Assembly (NCBI GenBank): GCA_951406725.2
Contig: OX597825.1
Span: 77,996,001 to 78,060,000, forward strand
Origin: Octopus vulgaris
Taxonomy: Eukaryota
Reading direction: 5' to 3'
DNA: 64,000 nt
The notes under the pieces are model-generated. The model searched no databases. It was not told where the DNA came from and saw only the letters and a program-made list of their open reading frames with translations. Every line of letters begins with the position of its first letter. Position 1 is the first letter of the stretch. Below are positions 1 through 12,098 of this stretch, piece by piece. The translations under genes and the position numbers were made by a program.

Positions 1-10
1 CACACACACA

Positions 11-228
11 TTCTTTTTCTTTTATTCATTTACTTGGTTCACTCATTTGACTGTGGCCAGACTGGAGCACCGCCTTTAGTCGACGAGCTTCTTTCAAGTT
101 CCGTCTAGCAAATCCACTCACAAGGCTTTGGTTGGTCCGAGGATATAGGAGAAAACACTTTCCCTGGGCGCCTCACAGTGAGATTGAACTTGAGATTACG
201 TAGTTGGGAAGCAATCTTCTTACTACAG
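11..228 (-). mobile_element. tRNA-derived SINE family A, internally deleted copy
   Basis: Head (..aatccactcacaaggctttgg..) joined directly to tail (..ggagcaccgcc..catttgactg); the central part present in 2641-3052 is missing. Confidence 0.75.
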
Positions 229-314
229 GGGCCTTGTTTGTTATTTCTAGCAATTTGATTGACCATGTAATAAAACTTCCACATTAGCGCGTATTGTTGT
301 GAATAAACCCATGC

Positions 315-366
<52 letters not shown>

Positions 367-529
367 GTGTGTATGGATGTATGAGTGTGTAGTTTGTGTG
401 TGACATGTGTGATTGTGTGTATGTGTTTGGTTTAATACGTTTGTGTGTATTTTTGGATGTGTGTGTTGTGTGGTTTGCGTTGTCGTCCAATATTGCAGAC
501 ATTTTGTGGCAGTAACAGATCAAGTAATA

Positions 530-642
530 TCCATCACCCCGCCGCCTCCTTCCATCACCCCGCCGCCTCCTTCCATCACCCCGCCGCCTCCTTCCATCAC
601 CCCGCCGCCTCCTTCCATCACCCCGCCGCCTCCTTCCATCAC
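530..642. repeat. 21-bp minisatellite (TCCATCACCCCGCCGCCTCCT) x5.4
   Basis: Perfect units start at 530, 551, 572, 593 and 614; partial unit at 635. Confidence 0.95.
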
Positions 643-791
643 AAACGCCACCACCAAAATTGTCCCACTTATTTACTGCTTACATCCGGTAATCATGCAT
701 TTATTGCTGCATTTTTTTGGAGTCTTAAATTCAATGGAATTCTTCCCATCTTTTCTAAGGTTTCTTTCTCCCTTTATTCTTCTGCATAAGA

Positions 792-909
792 TCTTCTTCT
801 TCTTCTTCTTCTCTTTCTTCTTCTTCTTCTTCTTCTTCTTCTTCTTCTTCTTCTTCTTCTTCTTCTTCTTCTTCTTCTTCTCCTTCTTCTTCTTCTTCTT
901 CTTCTTCTT

Positions 910-991
<82 letters not shown>

Positions 992-1082
992 TTCTTCTTC
1001 TTCTTCTTCTTCTTCTTCTTGTTCTTCTTCTTCTCCTTCTTCTTCTTCTTCTCCTTCTTCTTCTTCTTCTTCTTCTTCTTCT

Positions 1083-1141
<59 letters not shown>

Positions 1142-1198
1142 TTTCTTCTTCTTCTTCTTCTTCTTCTTCTTCTTCTTCTCCATCATCATCATCATCAG

Positions 1199-1247
<49 letters not shown>

Positions 1248-1290
1248 TTCTTCTTCTTCTCCTTATTCTTCTTCTTCTTCCTCATCATCT
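792..1290. repeat. Compound trinucleotide microsatellite (TTC)n/(TTA)n/(CAT)n
   Basis: Directly visible. Confidence 0.95.
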
Positions 1291-1487
1291 TTTTTCGTGA
1301 ATCCTGTCACTAATAAAGTGAAACTCTTCTTGAAAATACGTTTTGAAAGAATAAAAAACGACAACAAATAAGAAAAAAATAGAGAGGAAGAGAGAGAAAG
1401 AGAAATAAGTCGAAAACCAACATAAGCGACATCCCTCAAAACATACAAATCTGTACGTACAAAAATTCATACATACATGCATACAAA

Positions 1488-1625
1488 CATACCCTATTGT
1501 TGATGCTGAAGTTCCAAAGTAGGAAACTTGGATCCGAGTTAGAAACCGGGTCTTTCTCTAGTGGCAAAAAATTTTGAGATAGAACTGAATAATGCCATAC
1601 ATACATACGTACATACATACATACA

Positions 1626-1656
<31 letters not shown>

Positions 1657-2478
1657 CATACATACATACATACATACATACATACATACATACAAACAAA
1701 CAAACAAAGTACCCTGTTGTTGATGTTGAAATTCCAATGAAGAAACCTTGGATTTAGGTTAGAAACCGGTTCTTTCTCTGTTGGGAAGAACTCTTGAAAT
1801 AAAACTGAATAAATACATACTTACATACATACATACATACATACAAGCATGCATGCATGCATACATACATACATACATACATACATACATACATACATGC
1901 ATACATACATACATACACACACACATACATACATACATACATACATACATACATACATACATACATACATACATACATAGATACATAGATACATACATAC
2001 ATACATACATACATACATACATACATAGATACATATATACATACATACATACATACATACAAGCATGCATGCATGCATACATACATACATACATACATAC
2101 ATACATACATACATACATACATACATACAAGCATGCATGCATGCATACATACATACATACATACATACATACATACATACATACATACATGCATACATAC
2201 ATGCATACATACATACATACATACATACATACATACATACACACACACATACATACACACATACATACATACATACATACATACATACATACATACATAC
2301 ATACATACATACATACATACATACATACATACATACATACATACTTACAAACCATGTTGTTGATGTCGAAATTTCCGTGAAGGAGCCCTGTATCTAGGTT
2401 AGAAACCGGCTCTTTCTCTATTGACAAGAAATTTTGAAATGAAACTGAATAATGCCATACATACATACATACATACAT
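1488..2478 (+). repeat. Three diverged ~105-bp units (about 1490-1596, 1711-1812, 2351-2457) separated by (CATA)n tracts
   Basis: Each unit reads acc..ttgttgatg.tgaa.ttcc...ggttagaaaccgg.tctttctct...aactgaataa and is followed by (CATA)n. Confidence 0.85.
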
Positions 2479-2640
2479 AGATCACTTTTTTATATATATT
2501 TAAGGTGACACGAGTCGTACGAATGGACTTTAAGCAGAAATAGAGGTTCGTTTTACAAAAATTGGAACAAATCTACTAATACAATTAAATAAAAATAAAA
2601 ATGGTGATATCATATTGAGTAGAGTTATAGTCTCATAACT

Positions 2641-3052
2641 ATAGGCGCAGTAGTGGCTGTGTGGTAAGTAGCTTGTTTACCAACCACATGGTTCCGGGTT
2701 CAGTCCCACAGCGTGGCACCTTGGGCAAGTGTCTTCTACTATAGCCTCGGGCCGATCAAAGCCCTGTGAGTGGATTTGGTAGACGGAAACTGAAAGAAGC
2801 CCGTCGCATATATGTATATATATATGAGTGTGTGTGTGTGTGTGTCTGTGTTTGTCCCCCTAGCATTGCTTGACAACCGATGCTGGTGTGTTTACGTCCC
2901 CGTTACTTAGCGGTTCAGCAAAAGAGACCGATAGAATAGGTACTGGGCTTACAAAATAATAAGTCCCGGGATCGAGTTGCTCGATTAAAGGCGGTGCTCC
3001 AGCATGGCCGCAGTCACATGACTGAAACAAGTAAAAGAGTAAAGAGTAAGAG
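2641..3052 (+). mobile_element. tRNA-derived SINE family A, full length
   Basis: Pol III A-box (tggctgtgtggt) and B-box (ggttcagtccc) head, internal (TA)(TG) microsatellite, tail ..gcggtgctccagcatggccgcagtc..tgactgaaacaagtaaaagag. More than 10 related copies in the window. Confidence 0.9.
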
Positions 3053-3296
3053 TATAAGGCAGATAGCGATGTGCATAAGTTAATATATAGAAGAAAAAGA
3101 GTCTGTGTGTGTGTGTGTGTGTGATTTATTTATATATAATTCATATATTTAATGTGAGGTCACTAAATCCAAACTGTTATTTCTTGTCACCGGCGTGTGT
3201 GTGGGAGGTGTGTGTGTGTGGGAGGTGTGTGTGTGTGGGAGGTGTGTGTGTGTGAATGTGCATGTACATATACATATGTCTGTAAGAAATATGTAC

Positions 3297-3328
<32 letters not shown>

Positions 3329-3440
3329 GTTTTATATGTATATATATGCATGTATATATATGTATATATATATATATATTTATAAATATATATATATATA
3401 TATAAGAATGTGTGTATGTATACATACAAACATAAATATA

Positions 3441-3501
<61 letters not shown>

Positions 3502-3505
3502 TTTC

Positions 3506-3559
<54 letters not shown>

Positions 3560-3575
3560 TTTCATATGTATATAT

Positions 3576-3623
<48 letters not shown>

Positions 3624-3966
3624 ATGTAGCTACGTATTCGTGAATAACTGCGGTCAACCTGTAGAAATGTCTAATTAATAACAGTGATAGAAAGACGCCA
3701 TCTTGCTTTCAGAGTAAGCTAGTCTGTTATTAGAACCAGCAGCCAATTCTTAAAAATATGAAATGTCTTTCTTTGAATGACAACCTCGCTGTGTATTTTA
3801 AGTATTTCCAGACTTTCTGAATTCCTTAATAGCAGTCACGTTCTCTTTAACAGTGGAATCACAATAACAGACGGAGTCTCAGACACTGCCATTAGTGCTA
3901 TCGGTACACCAATATTCTCACCATCAACACCATCATCATCATTATCGTAATTATTATTATTAATGC

Positions 3967-4038
<72 letters not shown>

Positions 4039-4370
4039 CTGAGGAATTCCAACCACGTTTCGTGGTTCGCTACCTCAACAGCTCCATTATATGATCCAGT
4101 GGCTGAAGACATCATCAAGAGGAACCATGACCGGTTTCGGGCCCCTACTCCTCTACCGTTTTCAACGTGGTGGGGCCCCTCCTTTCGGAGGTGTCTTCAG
4201 CTCTGGTGTTGGGTGCATTTCTTCTTTCTCCTTCTTTCTTGTTCCCTGGCCCCTTCGATGCAGCGTCAACGAGTGTCAACGGGCGACTGACCACCCTGCC
4301 AAATTTCCCTTTAAATACTCGCTGGTTGGCTCCAGCAGCCAGCACCAGCTAGTTGTCACGTGACACTGTC
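4039..4370 (-). mobile_element. GC-rich structured element with degenerate hammerhead-like motifs; resembles a Penelope-like pLTR, followed by an (AAT)n tract
   Basis: Minus strand: TATTTAAA, purine run, CTGAAGA...GGGCCC GAAA CCGG TC, then (AAT)n. Several nested inverted repeats. Confidence 0.5.
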
Positions 4371-4374
4371 TATT

Positions 4375-4500
4375 TAAGACCGCGAGCTGGCGGATTACTT
4401 AGCGGTATTTCGTCTGTCTAAGTTCAAAGTCTAAGTTCAAATTCCGCCAAGCTCGTCTTGGCATTTCGTACTGTTTTTCTCATAGACAGTGCCCAACTGA
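4375..4500 (+). mobile_element. SINE family B, degenerate fragment
   Basis: gcgagctggc..cttagcggtatttcgtctg..agttcaaattccgcc matches the family B head. Confidence 0.7.
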
Positions 4501-4595
4501 CCCTACTATATTTTGTTGTCGACAAAATCAAAGGCAAACAATGTGCATGCACGAAATAAAAGATATAAAATGGTGATCCATCGCAGCCTGTATCG

Positions 4596-4663
<68 letters not shown>

Positions 4664-4666
4664 ATA

Positions 4667-4768
<102 letters not shown>

Positions 4769-5372
4769 TTTTTTTACAAAGGCATTGTTTCATGGTTAGA
4801 ATTTCCTGTCTGTGCTTTGTTGTACATTTCAATATTGTTTTACCTTCTATTTTGCAAACGGTTCTGCTGGCCGCCGCTTTTGTGGGGTTAAGTAATAAAA
4901 AACAATAGCAAAAAACAACAACAACAACAACAATAACAACAACAACAACAATAGCAAACAAGAAAGACATCGACGGAAACATTGCCAGAAAAATAGGGAA
5001 AAAATGGCCACTTTAAACAGAGAGAGGCAGCGACGATAAAGATAATTGGCGCAATACGAACCCAAAATGACTCTTGAAATCAAGATTTTGGATATCTGAC
5101 ATCAATCACAGCCATTGGAATCAACACCAGCACCAACGCCACCATCTTCTTCTTGTTAATCCACCCACCACCCCTTAACCAGTGGCTAGATCTCTACCTA
5201 GCAGTATCTACTAATGAACTTCATCGGTCGACAAAAAGTAAAGAAAGGTGGAATCGCTGAATAAATAACGGCCATGATAAATCCCGAAAAATCAATTCTG
5301 AACGAATCGAAAATTGCCGAAAATCCAATATAGCCATTTAAGAATGTTTGCCGTTCCTTTTTGTTGATATTT

Positions 5373-5405
<33 letters not shown>

Positions 5406-5619
5406 TTAGTGGGGTGGGGGCAATATACCTATATATGTGTGTGTGTAGTGTGGTGCTTGTGTGTTTGAGTGATATGTGTGTGTGTGTGCGTTTCTATTTG
5501 CCACTCTTTAATCATTCTTCCCAGTACATTCTACAGTGTGTCTCTCACTTTCTCTGTCAGCCTCTACGTCAGTCTGTCAGTTGCTCTGTCTATCCGTCTG
5601 TATGTATGTCTGATTGCTT

Positions 5620-6250
5620 GTTTTCTCTCTCTCTCTCCCTCTCTCTCTCCAACTCCCTCTCTCTCTCTCTAGCCTCTTTCTCCCTGTATTTTCTCTCTCA
5701 GTATTTCTCTCCTTCCCCCTTTTCTTTCTCTCTCTCTCTCTCTGTATCTCTCTCTTTCTCCCTCTTTTTCTATCTCTTTCTCCCTTTCTCCCTCTCTCCC
5801 TCCCTCTCTTTATCTCTATCTCCATCGCTTTCTCCCTCTGTCTTTAATCTCCCTCTCTTTATCTCTCTCCGTCTCCTTTCTGTATCTGTCTCTTTCTTCT
5901 TCTCTCTCTTTCTGTCTCTCTCTCCCTCTCTACCTCTCTCTCCATCTCTATCTCTTTCTCCCTCTCTTTCTCTCTCTTTCCCTGTCTCTGTCTCTGTCTC
6001 TTTCTCACTCACTTTATCTCTATCTCTTTCTCCCTCTTTCTATTCCCTCTCTGTATCTCTCTCTTTCTCTCTCTCTTTCTATCTCTCTTTCCTTCTCTCT
6101 CTATCTCTATCACTTTCTCCCTCTCTCTCTTTCTCTTTTTCTGTTTTTCCCTCTCTCTCTTTCTATCTCTCTCTGTCTCCCTCTCTTTTTCTCTCTTCCC
6201 TATCTCTATCTCTTTCTTCTTGTCTTTCTCTCTCTCTCCCTCTCTCCCGC
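5620..6250. repeat. Degenerate (CT)n polypyrimidine tract
   Basis: Directly visible. Confidence 0.9.
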
Positions 6251-6507
6251 TCAATGGCCAACATCCACGACAAACACAAGGACTGGCGCCTTTGTTTTAT
6301 TTTGCTTTTGTATTTTTTTTCATTTCGTTTTAATTTTTGGTTGATTCTTTATTGGATGAAGAACTTGTATGATGTGAACGTTGACGAAGATGAGAAAGGA
6401 CGGGGAGGAGGAAGAAGAGGAATGAGAAAGAGGCAAAAGGTGAGAGTTGGAAAGGATCAGAAACACAAGAAAAAGGAAAGGAAAAACAAAGGGAACAATA
6501 GCAACGT

Positions 6508-6538
<31 letters not shown>

Positions 6539-6571
6539 AAGAAGAAGAAGAAGAAGAAGAAGAAGAAGAAG

Positions 6572-6602
<31 letters not shown>

Positions 6603-6766
6603 GAAAGGTACTCTGGCTAAAAAGCGCCAGCAAAATAAAACTAGCAACAACAGCAACAATACCAAGCACAACGAATCAATAAGACTGTGATAAGAGTTAC
6701 GAACAATAAAGGGTACATGAAGGAAGGAAGGAACAAATACAGCTGCACAACTTAGACAATGGTAAC

Positions 6767-6806
<40 letters not shown>

Positions 6807-6859
6807 GCAACAACAACAACAGCAAAAACAACAATAGCAACAATGATAACAATAACAAC

Positions 6860-8335
6860 TACAAGGTTTACAAAGAGATCGACGATGTTAGAATGATACA
6901 ATGAGGGATTATATGAAAGAGAGAGTAAAGAGAAAAAGGAACAATTTTTAACAATGAATAATTCTCCCAAAAATGGACATTTCCAAGGGTTACTGGTGGG
7001 AATCCCACAAAACCGCAGTTATCCTCACTACTTAGGCAAATGCCATCTTTCTGTTGTCCTCTTCCAATATACGGGTACGTATTTAGTGTGAGCCCATTCA
7101 TTCGGACCATATTTGCCATTCTGATCCGCAAATTTGCTCTCTACTTCCTTCTCTACTTTCACTTTCCTCTTCAAATGAAACTTGAAAACATTAATGAGGG
7201 TTTGGCCAAAGAAGATAGTCCCTGTTTTCAACCCTTTCAGTCCCGTCCGACACATAACTTCTTTCACCATGGCTACCAGGCTCCGAAATTCTGCCTACTG
7301 ACCCCATCCAAGGGAATGTGGGCGGGCCATCTTCACGAGGGTGTCAACTGATAGCCAGATCTGTCCTACACGCGACAGCAGATGTTCAACATATCTCCAC
7401 AGATCAGCAATAGTCGAGTACTATACGAGTGCAGAATGATATCGTCGATCTGCGCGCATCTCGGGCAGGCACGGCTGTCAGCACTACTGTGCCTGTAGAT
7501 TTTATCACAAGCCCGCAATGACTTCCGGTAGAATCACTGTCAAGCCAGAAATTTCTGGAAGTCTCCATGGAAAACGGCCAGTTCATTTTTTCATGAAAAC
7601 CCTAGGCTTTCCTGAGAATGTCATCGCCCTTACCGCACTAATTCTCTGTAGAACCCCATGATAGAATGTCAAAAGCCTGTATTTCCTGTGACAGAGGACT
7701 GTGAGCGCCTGGCAGCTCTCAAGATGCCAGGAATCATGCCTCAGTCTACACTCGAAAGAGTCCAGAAGCTGGCTACCCGCATGGTTCTTGGTCTCAAGCA
7801 TTTGTCTTATGAAGAAAGGCTGAAGACGCTCGACCTTTATTCTCTAGAAAAACGCCGCCGCCGTGGTGATCTCATTCTCACTCACAACATCATAAGCGAA
7901 AGAGCTGTTCTTCACTCCTGCTCCAGAGCGTCGGCTGCGGGGTCATTCCGAAAAGCTCTACCTGCGACGATTTCATCTCAATCGAAGGAGAGGAGCTTTC
8001 TCCGTCCGGGTTGCGGATCCGTGGAACAAGCTGCCAGACGAGATGGTGAAGATGCCGACGACCGCTTTGTTCAAAGCCTCCCTTGACCTCAAGTGGCCTG
8101 AACTCTTTACATGAACACCACCCTGTACTTAACTCCATGTCCCCCTACATGGCCTTGCTTTTTGCTTTTGAGCCAAAAAATTAACTAACTAACTAACTAA
8201 CTTGATATCGGACTGCAGCTCAATAAAAGAGACGAGCTGTGGAGTAGCGCGTCTATCAAACAGCGACCACCGTCAAGGAAATGCTGGTGATATCGTAGCC
8301 TCAGCGCATGTCTACACATCATCAGCCAGGGCGTT
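6860..8335 (-). mobile_element. Degenerate Tx1/L1-clade LINE 3' fragment (ORF2 C-terminus with zinc knuckle plus 3' UTR), interrupted by a CR1 insertion
   Basis: Minus-strand translation across stops and frameshifts: PWLMMCRHALRLR..QLVSFIELQSDIK|[70 protein letters not shown]. The CPxC..H..LW pattern matches the L1/Tx1 C-terminal zinc knuckle. Confidence 0.75.
7751..8202 (+). mobile_element. CR1-clade LINE, 5'-truncated 3' end with (TAAC)n tail
   Basis: [42 protein letters not shown], then after a frameshift [26 protein letters not shown]: the classic CR1 ORF2 C-terminus. Tail aactaactaact. Confidence 0.9.
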
Positions 8336-9535
8336 AAAGAAAACTCAGGAACTGGAAACGATTAGAGAATGTAAGATGTCGAGCAAGAAAGGAGGCCTTC
8401 TAGATATAGCAGCCAAACCTTAAGATTACATGCTACTGCCATGACAAAAGCGAAGTACATGGTAAAATGTAATCGTAGATACGCCATGTCCGACAGAAAA
8501 AACAGGAGGGTCATGGCACTCGTCCATGTTCCATATTGTGATTTTGTATCGTGATGTGAGCCCTTGACTTACGATAGGATCGTAGACCGGGAGCCGTGTT
8601 GAAATACAGTGACTCCTTGAGCATATGAATAGTTGGGAAACCCCATGCCTCTACAGATCTGACCACCACCGATTTCTCCCAAACAGAGGAGTGGAAATGA
8701 ATGTGTGTGTAAGAGAGAGAGAGATAGAAAAAGAAAGAGAGAGAGAGAGAGAAAAGCAGAGGAAGAGAGAGAGAGAGAGAAAAGCAGACAAAAGTCTGAA
8801 GTCTTAAGAATAACAATAAGAATAACCATGGTTTCATAGGCAATGTCAGAAATCTTTATTTTCATATGCACGGCAAAATCGATGGTGCGTCGAACAAATA
8901 AAGTAGTAGTGGATTGGCAGAATGCATTGAGTCTTGTGAAAATTGCGCTGCAATGGCAAAATCGGTAGAGTATCTCAGAGGCGTTCTAGCGATGACAATC
9001 GTATCTCTCTCTCTCTCATTTTCTCTCCCTCTCCCCATCTCTCTCCTCTCTCTCCTTCCCTGTCATTTCTTCTCTGTGTATGTTTTTCTTTAGATACACG
9101 ACTATGTTCAAGTCACATCTTTTCTATTTTAATGTGTTCTCCTTTCATATTGTCTTATTAGCATTTTTACAGATGCTCAGGAACAATAGAGCTGCAAAAT
9201 CCTTAATCGACTTCTCCAGATCTTCAGTCTTATTTACAAGAATTGATTATATTTGGTGCCTCTCTGTCTGTTTGTCTCTCTCTCTTTCACTTCATCTCTC
9301 ACTCTCTCTCCATATATACATGTATATATATGCACATACATATGTATGTTACACACACACACATACACACAACACACACATATATACATATATGTGTGTG
9401 TGTATGTGTGTTGAAAGGGTTTTTGACGCTTCGAGCATAGCTCTTTGTCAGAAAAGAGAATTGAAAAGTCCAGAAAAGGAAAGATATCACCAACAGCACG
9501 CGTATAACTACATGATTGAAGTGGATATGTATATA

Positions 9536-10012
<477 letters not shown>

Positions 10013-10566
10013 TTCTAGCAGATCGAGCGACTGCGTGGATGTCCTATCGCTGTTTCGATAATTACTAATCAAGTACTGAGATCGATTAAATCGATTGTTA
10101 TTTTTTCCGCCCGCCATGCCGAAAATACTTCTGACATTGTACGATATTACATCAGTAAACATAGCAACAATCATGACAACAATATATAAAACAGCTATTT
10201 CCATATGAATTGTTATTTTAAGACTAACAAACCAGACATTTAGTACAAGCGTTAGAGTCTAGAATAATCTCAATTGAACCTATTTTTCCCCCTCAATTCC
10301 GTGGACATATTTCTTTAATAACAAAGGAAATTAAAATGAAATTCGATAAGTTCTTTGATTAGTTTTGTTTATTCAGGATTAAATTTTTTTTTTATCCACT
10401 AATTGATCGTTTTCTTTATTTTAAAGAAATGTACTTGTGGGGAAGAAATGGCAAGGATGACATATTGACTTTGAATATTACTGAAACATAATTCTTTCTA
10501 CGGTCGGCACATTCCTGGAATTCTGAGGGGAGGAGATCTAGTCAGATACATCGACCCCAATGCTTC

Positions 10567-10785
10567 ACTGGCAGAAACGTTAGCACGACGGGCGAAATGC
10601 TTAGCAGTATTTCGTCTGCCGTTATGTTCTGAGTTCAAATTCCGCCGAGGTCGACTTTGCCTTTCATCCTTTCGGGGTCGATAAATTAAGTACCAGTTAC
10701 GCACTGGGGTCGAAATAATCGACTTAATCCGTTTGTCTGTCCTCTCTGTGTCTAGCCCCTAGTGGGTAGTAAAGAAATAGGCATT
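10567..10785 (+). mobile_element. SINE family B (tRNA-derived)
   Basis: ctggcagaaacgttagca..gttctgagttcaaattccgccgaggtcgactttgcctttcatcctttcggggtcgataaattaagtaccag..gtgggtagtaaagaaatag. Confidence 0.9.
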
Positions 10786-10824
10786 ATTTTTTTATCGATT
10801 TTTCCCTTTAATTTTATAGAATTT

Positions 10825-11212
10825 GCCTTCTATCCGAAAGGAGGAAATGCAAAATCGAGCTTAGAGGAATATGAACTAAGAACAGGACGGAATGGTGCTA
10901 AGCATTTAATCCAGCGTGCTAACAACCCTGTCAGCTCGTCACCTCAATATTCTTTTCTGCTCTTGGCACAAGATCCACGCAATTGGTACTTAATTTATCG
11001 ACTCCGAAGGATGGAAGGCAAAGTCGACCTCGGCGGAATTTGAACTCAGAACGTAACGGCAGACGAAATACCTATTTCTTTACTACCCACAAGGGGCTAA
11101 ACACAAAAGGGACAAACAAGAACAGACAAACGGATTAAGTCGATTACATCGACCCCAGTGCGTAACTGGTACTTATTTCATCGACCCCGAAAGGATGAAA
11201 AGCAAAGTTGAT
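10825..11212 (-). mobile_element. SINE family B, composite or dimeric copies
   Basis: Reverse-complement family B segments, with a tail-to-internal junction at about 11070. Confidence 0.85.
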
Positions 11213-11321
11213 TTTTGTTGTCCGCTCACATACACACACAAATTGATTGCCTAATAGATATATCGATACATACATATAGGTAAATAGATATTATCTTTTA
11301 TGGTCTAATTCTAAAGTTATT

Positions 11322-11385
<64 letters not shown>

Positions 11386-11391
<6 letters not shown>

Positions 11392-11710
11392 TTAGTCTTT
11401 TGACGGCGGCCATGCTGGAGCACCGCTTCAAGTCGAACGAATCGAACCCAAGACTCAGTCTTTGTAAGCCTAGTACTTATTCTAACGGTCTCTTTTGCCG
11501 AACCGCAAAGTTACGGGGACGTAAACATACCAGCATCGGTCGTCCAGGGATGATGGGAGGACAAGCGCAGATACACATATACATATGACTGGCTTCTTTC
11601 AGTTTCCGTCTACCATATCCAGTCATAATGCTATGGTTGACCCGAGGCTATCGTATGGTGTCAAGCGGTGGGACTGAACCCGAAACCACACAGCCACTCT
11701 TGCGCCTATA
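11386..11710 (-). mobile_element. SINE family A
   Basis: Tail gcggccatgctggagcaccgc; head ending tgcgcctata. Confidence 0.85.
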
Positions 11711-11967
11711 TATAAATTCTAATGAATACAATAATATATTAAATGTATTATAATATAGGTGGCCCGTTAGCAATTAAAACCTGAAGGCAAATTAATAAAA
11801 AAGGGTACAAATTAGTACCGGAAATTGCTAGAAATAAGAGTTAAAAACTACTCGATAAGCCACACAAAGCACTGACCTCATGAATTGACGAAAAGCGAAG
11901 GAGAGAGATAAAGCACCTTTCAATGAGGAGATAAAGTATCTATAGAAAGATAGATAGATAGATAGAT

Positions 11968-12015
<48 letters not shown>

Positions 12016-12067
12016 GTATATGTATATGCATGTATCTATGTATGATGTGTGTATGTATGTATGTATG

Positions 12068-12098
<31 letters not shown>

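Noticed and set aside
413-1300. 295-aa ORF with SITPPPP repeats and poly-F/L/I/H
   Set aside because: It is the translation of a 21-bp minisatellite plus trinucleotide microsatellites, with no domain.
1488-2478. CRISPR-like repeat-spacer appearance
   Set aside because: Units are ~105 bp and diverged, the spacers are (CATA)n, the context is eukaryotic, and there are no cas genes.
5348-6604. 418-aa ORF, the longest in the track
   Set aside because: It is made of GT, CT and AAG repeats.
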